Shown here: piece by piece, positions 63,028-64,000 of the stretch
How positions within the stretch are numbered: position 1 is the stretch's first letter
How the letters are laid out: each line of letters opens with the position of its first letter
Origin: Patescibacteria group bacterium
GTDB taxonomy: Bacteria > Patescibacteriota > Patescibacteriia > Patescibacteriales > UBA12075
Length of the DNA: 64,000 nucleotides
Assembly: GCA_022705905.1 (NCBI GenBank)
Contig: JAKJDO010000003.1
Span: 14,071 to 78,070, forward strand
Reading direction: 5' to 3'
The notes under the pieces: model-generated
Database searches by the model: none
What the model saw: only the letters and a program-made list of their open reading frames with translations
What the model was told of the DNA's origin: nothing
Translations under genes and position numbers: made by a program

Positions 63028-64000
63028 ATGGCAAATAAGTCATCAAATAAAAATTTGCATAAGGCCAACCAGGCAAAAAAGGACGAGTTTTATACTCAGC
63101 TGGTTGATATTGAAAAAGAGCTGAAGCATTACAAAGAACAGTTCAAAGGCAAGGTTGTTTATTGCAATTGCGATGATCCGTTTGAGAGTAATTTTTTTAA
63201 GTATTTTGCCGCTAATTTCAACGCGCTAAAATTAAAAAAACTTATAACCACCAGTTATGTTAAATCGCCGATTGTTGGCGGACAATTATCGCTGTTTGAG
63301 ATGGAGGGTTTAAAACCGTCAGGCAAAGAGCCGTTTAAAATTGAGATTAAAAAGGTTCCGGATATTGACGGCAATGGAGCGGTAAATATAGATGACGTAG
63401 AATATTTACTTAGGCATGACAAAAATACAGCCACTCCGCTTAAAGGCAACGGAGATTTTAGAAGCGACGAATGCATTAAGCTACTTAAACAAGCCGATAT
63501 AGTCGTCACCAATCCGCCGTTTTCACTATTTCGAGAATATGTGGCACAGTTGGCGGAATACAACAAGAAATTTCTTATTATTGGTAATGTTAACTCAATT
63601 ACCTATAAAGAGTGCTTCAAACTTATAAAGGTTAATAAGATGTGGCTTGGAGCAAGTATTCATAGCGGTGATCGTGAGTTTCGAGTGCCGGATGATTATC
63701 CGCTTGATGCTGCTAGCTCTAGAATTGATAGTGATGGTTATAAATATATTCGCGTTAAAGGTGTGCGCTGGTTTACGAATTTAGATTATAAAGAGCGCCA
63801 TGAAAATTTAGTGCTTTATAAAAAATATACCCTCCAAGAATATCCGAAGTATGAAAATTACGATGCAATAAATGTCAATAAAACCTCTGATATCCCAATA
63901 GATTATAATGGCGCTATTGGCGCCCCAATTACTTTTTTGGATAAATATAATCCGGATCAATTTGAAATCATTGGTTTAGGTATATCTAATTCAGGATTAG
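63028..64000 (+). CDS. EcoRI-methylase-family N6-adenine DNA methyltransferase (3'-truncated by window end)
   Basis: My own translation from ATG 63028: MANKSSNKNLHKANQAKKDEFYTQ...DIVVTNPPFSLFREY.. It shows the DEFYT N-terminal motif and NPPF catalytic motif and stays open to nt 64000. It is absent from the ORF track because no stop lies in the window. Confidence 0.8.
   Translation, partial: MANKSSNKNLHKANQAKKDEFYTQLVDIEKELKHYKEQFKGKVVYCNCDDPFESNFFKYFAANFNALKLKKLITTSYVKSPIVGGQLSLFEMEGLKPSGKEPFKIEIKKVPDIDGNGAVNIDDVEYLLRHDKNTATPLKGNGDFRSDECIKLLKQADIVVTNPPFSLFREYVAQLAEYNKKFLIIGNVNSITYKECFKLIKVNKMWLGASIHSGDREFRVPDDYPLDAASSRIDSDGYKYIRVKGVRWFTNLDYKERHENLVLYKKYTLQEYPKYENYDAINVNKTSDIPIDYNGAIGAPITFLDKYNPDQFEIIGLGISNSGL

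Noticed and set aside
1-64000. Alternative genetic code (for example UGA reassigned, as in some CPR lineages).
   Set aside because: Long uninterrupted ORFs for all conserved genes are obtained with the standard code. TGA is used as a genuine stop, for example in the 47941-48240 mini-gene whose TGA sits in its terminator.

Overview
AT-rich (by eye mid-30s % G+C), tightly packed bacterial chromosome segment. The gene content suggests a reduced Candidate Phyla Radiation / Patescibacteria-type genome; this is inference, since no rRNA lies in the window. Supporting content: a T4SS-pilin-like 2-TM protein, a lamin-tail-domain surface protein, archaeal-type UMP kinase and PGI/PMI, glycogen genes, and little biosynthesis. 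Confident housekeeping calls are comM/yifB, ppsA, tsaD, yebC, ruvC, two glgA, smc, ftsK, gyrA, rpsA, ftsH, tRNA-Leu(UAG) and tRNA-Glu(UUC). Other blocks: (1) a sensory operon of CHASE-PAS protein, PAS histidine kinase and three stand-alone receiver proteins; (2) a glycogen cluster; (3) a metal-transport cluster (2 ZIP, thioredoxin-CcdA-like fusion, YibE/F); (4) an accessory end region (endonuclease V-like, frameshifted DUF3800, EcoRI-family methyltransferase running off the window). Observations most worth a second look: (a) a seven-gene, all-membrane/exported operon of unknown function (15.8-23.1 kb) beside tRNA-Glu. (b) About ten small, visibly GC-richer, self-contained transcription units with perfect AAGGAGG Shine-Dalgarno motifs, in a genome whose other ~45 inspected start codons have none. 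One unit carries three AAGGAGG motifs and a 16-nt perfect complement to the conserved 16S 3' end. (c) A GIY-YIG gene wedged between a truncated tRNA 5' half and an intact tRNA-Glu. (d) An SMC with no recognisable hinge. (e) Dispersed GC-rich palindromic elements and 7-bp-period repeats, one set in frame inside tsaD. All work was done by eye without tools. G+C statements are visual estimates, family calls rest on remembered motifs, and nothing was searched against databases.
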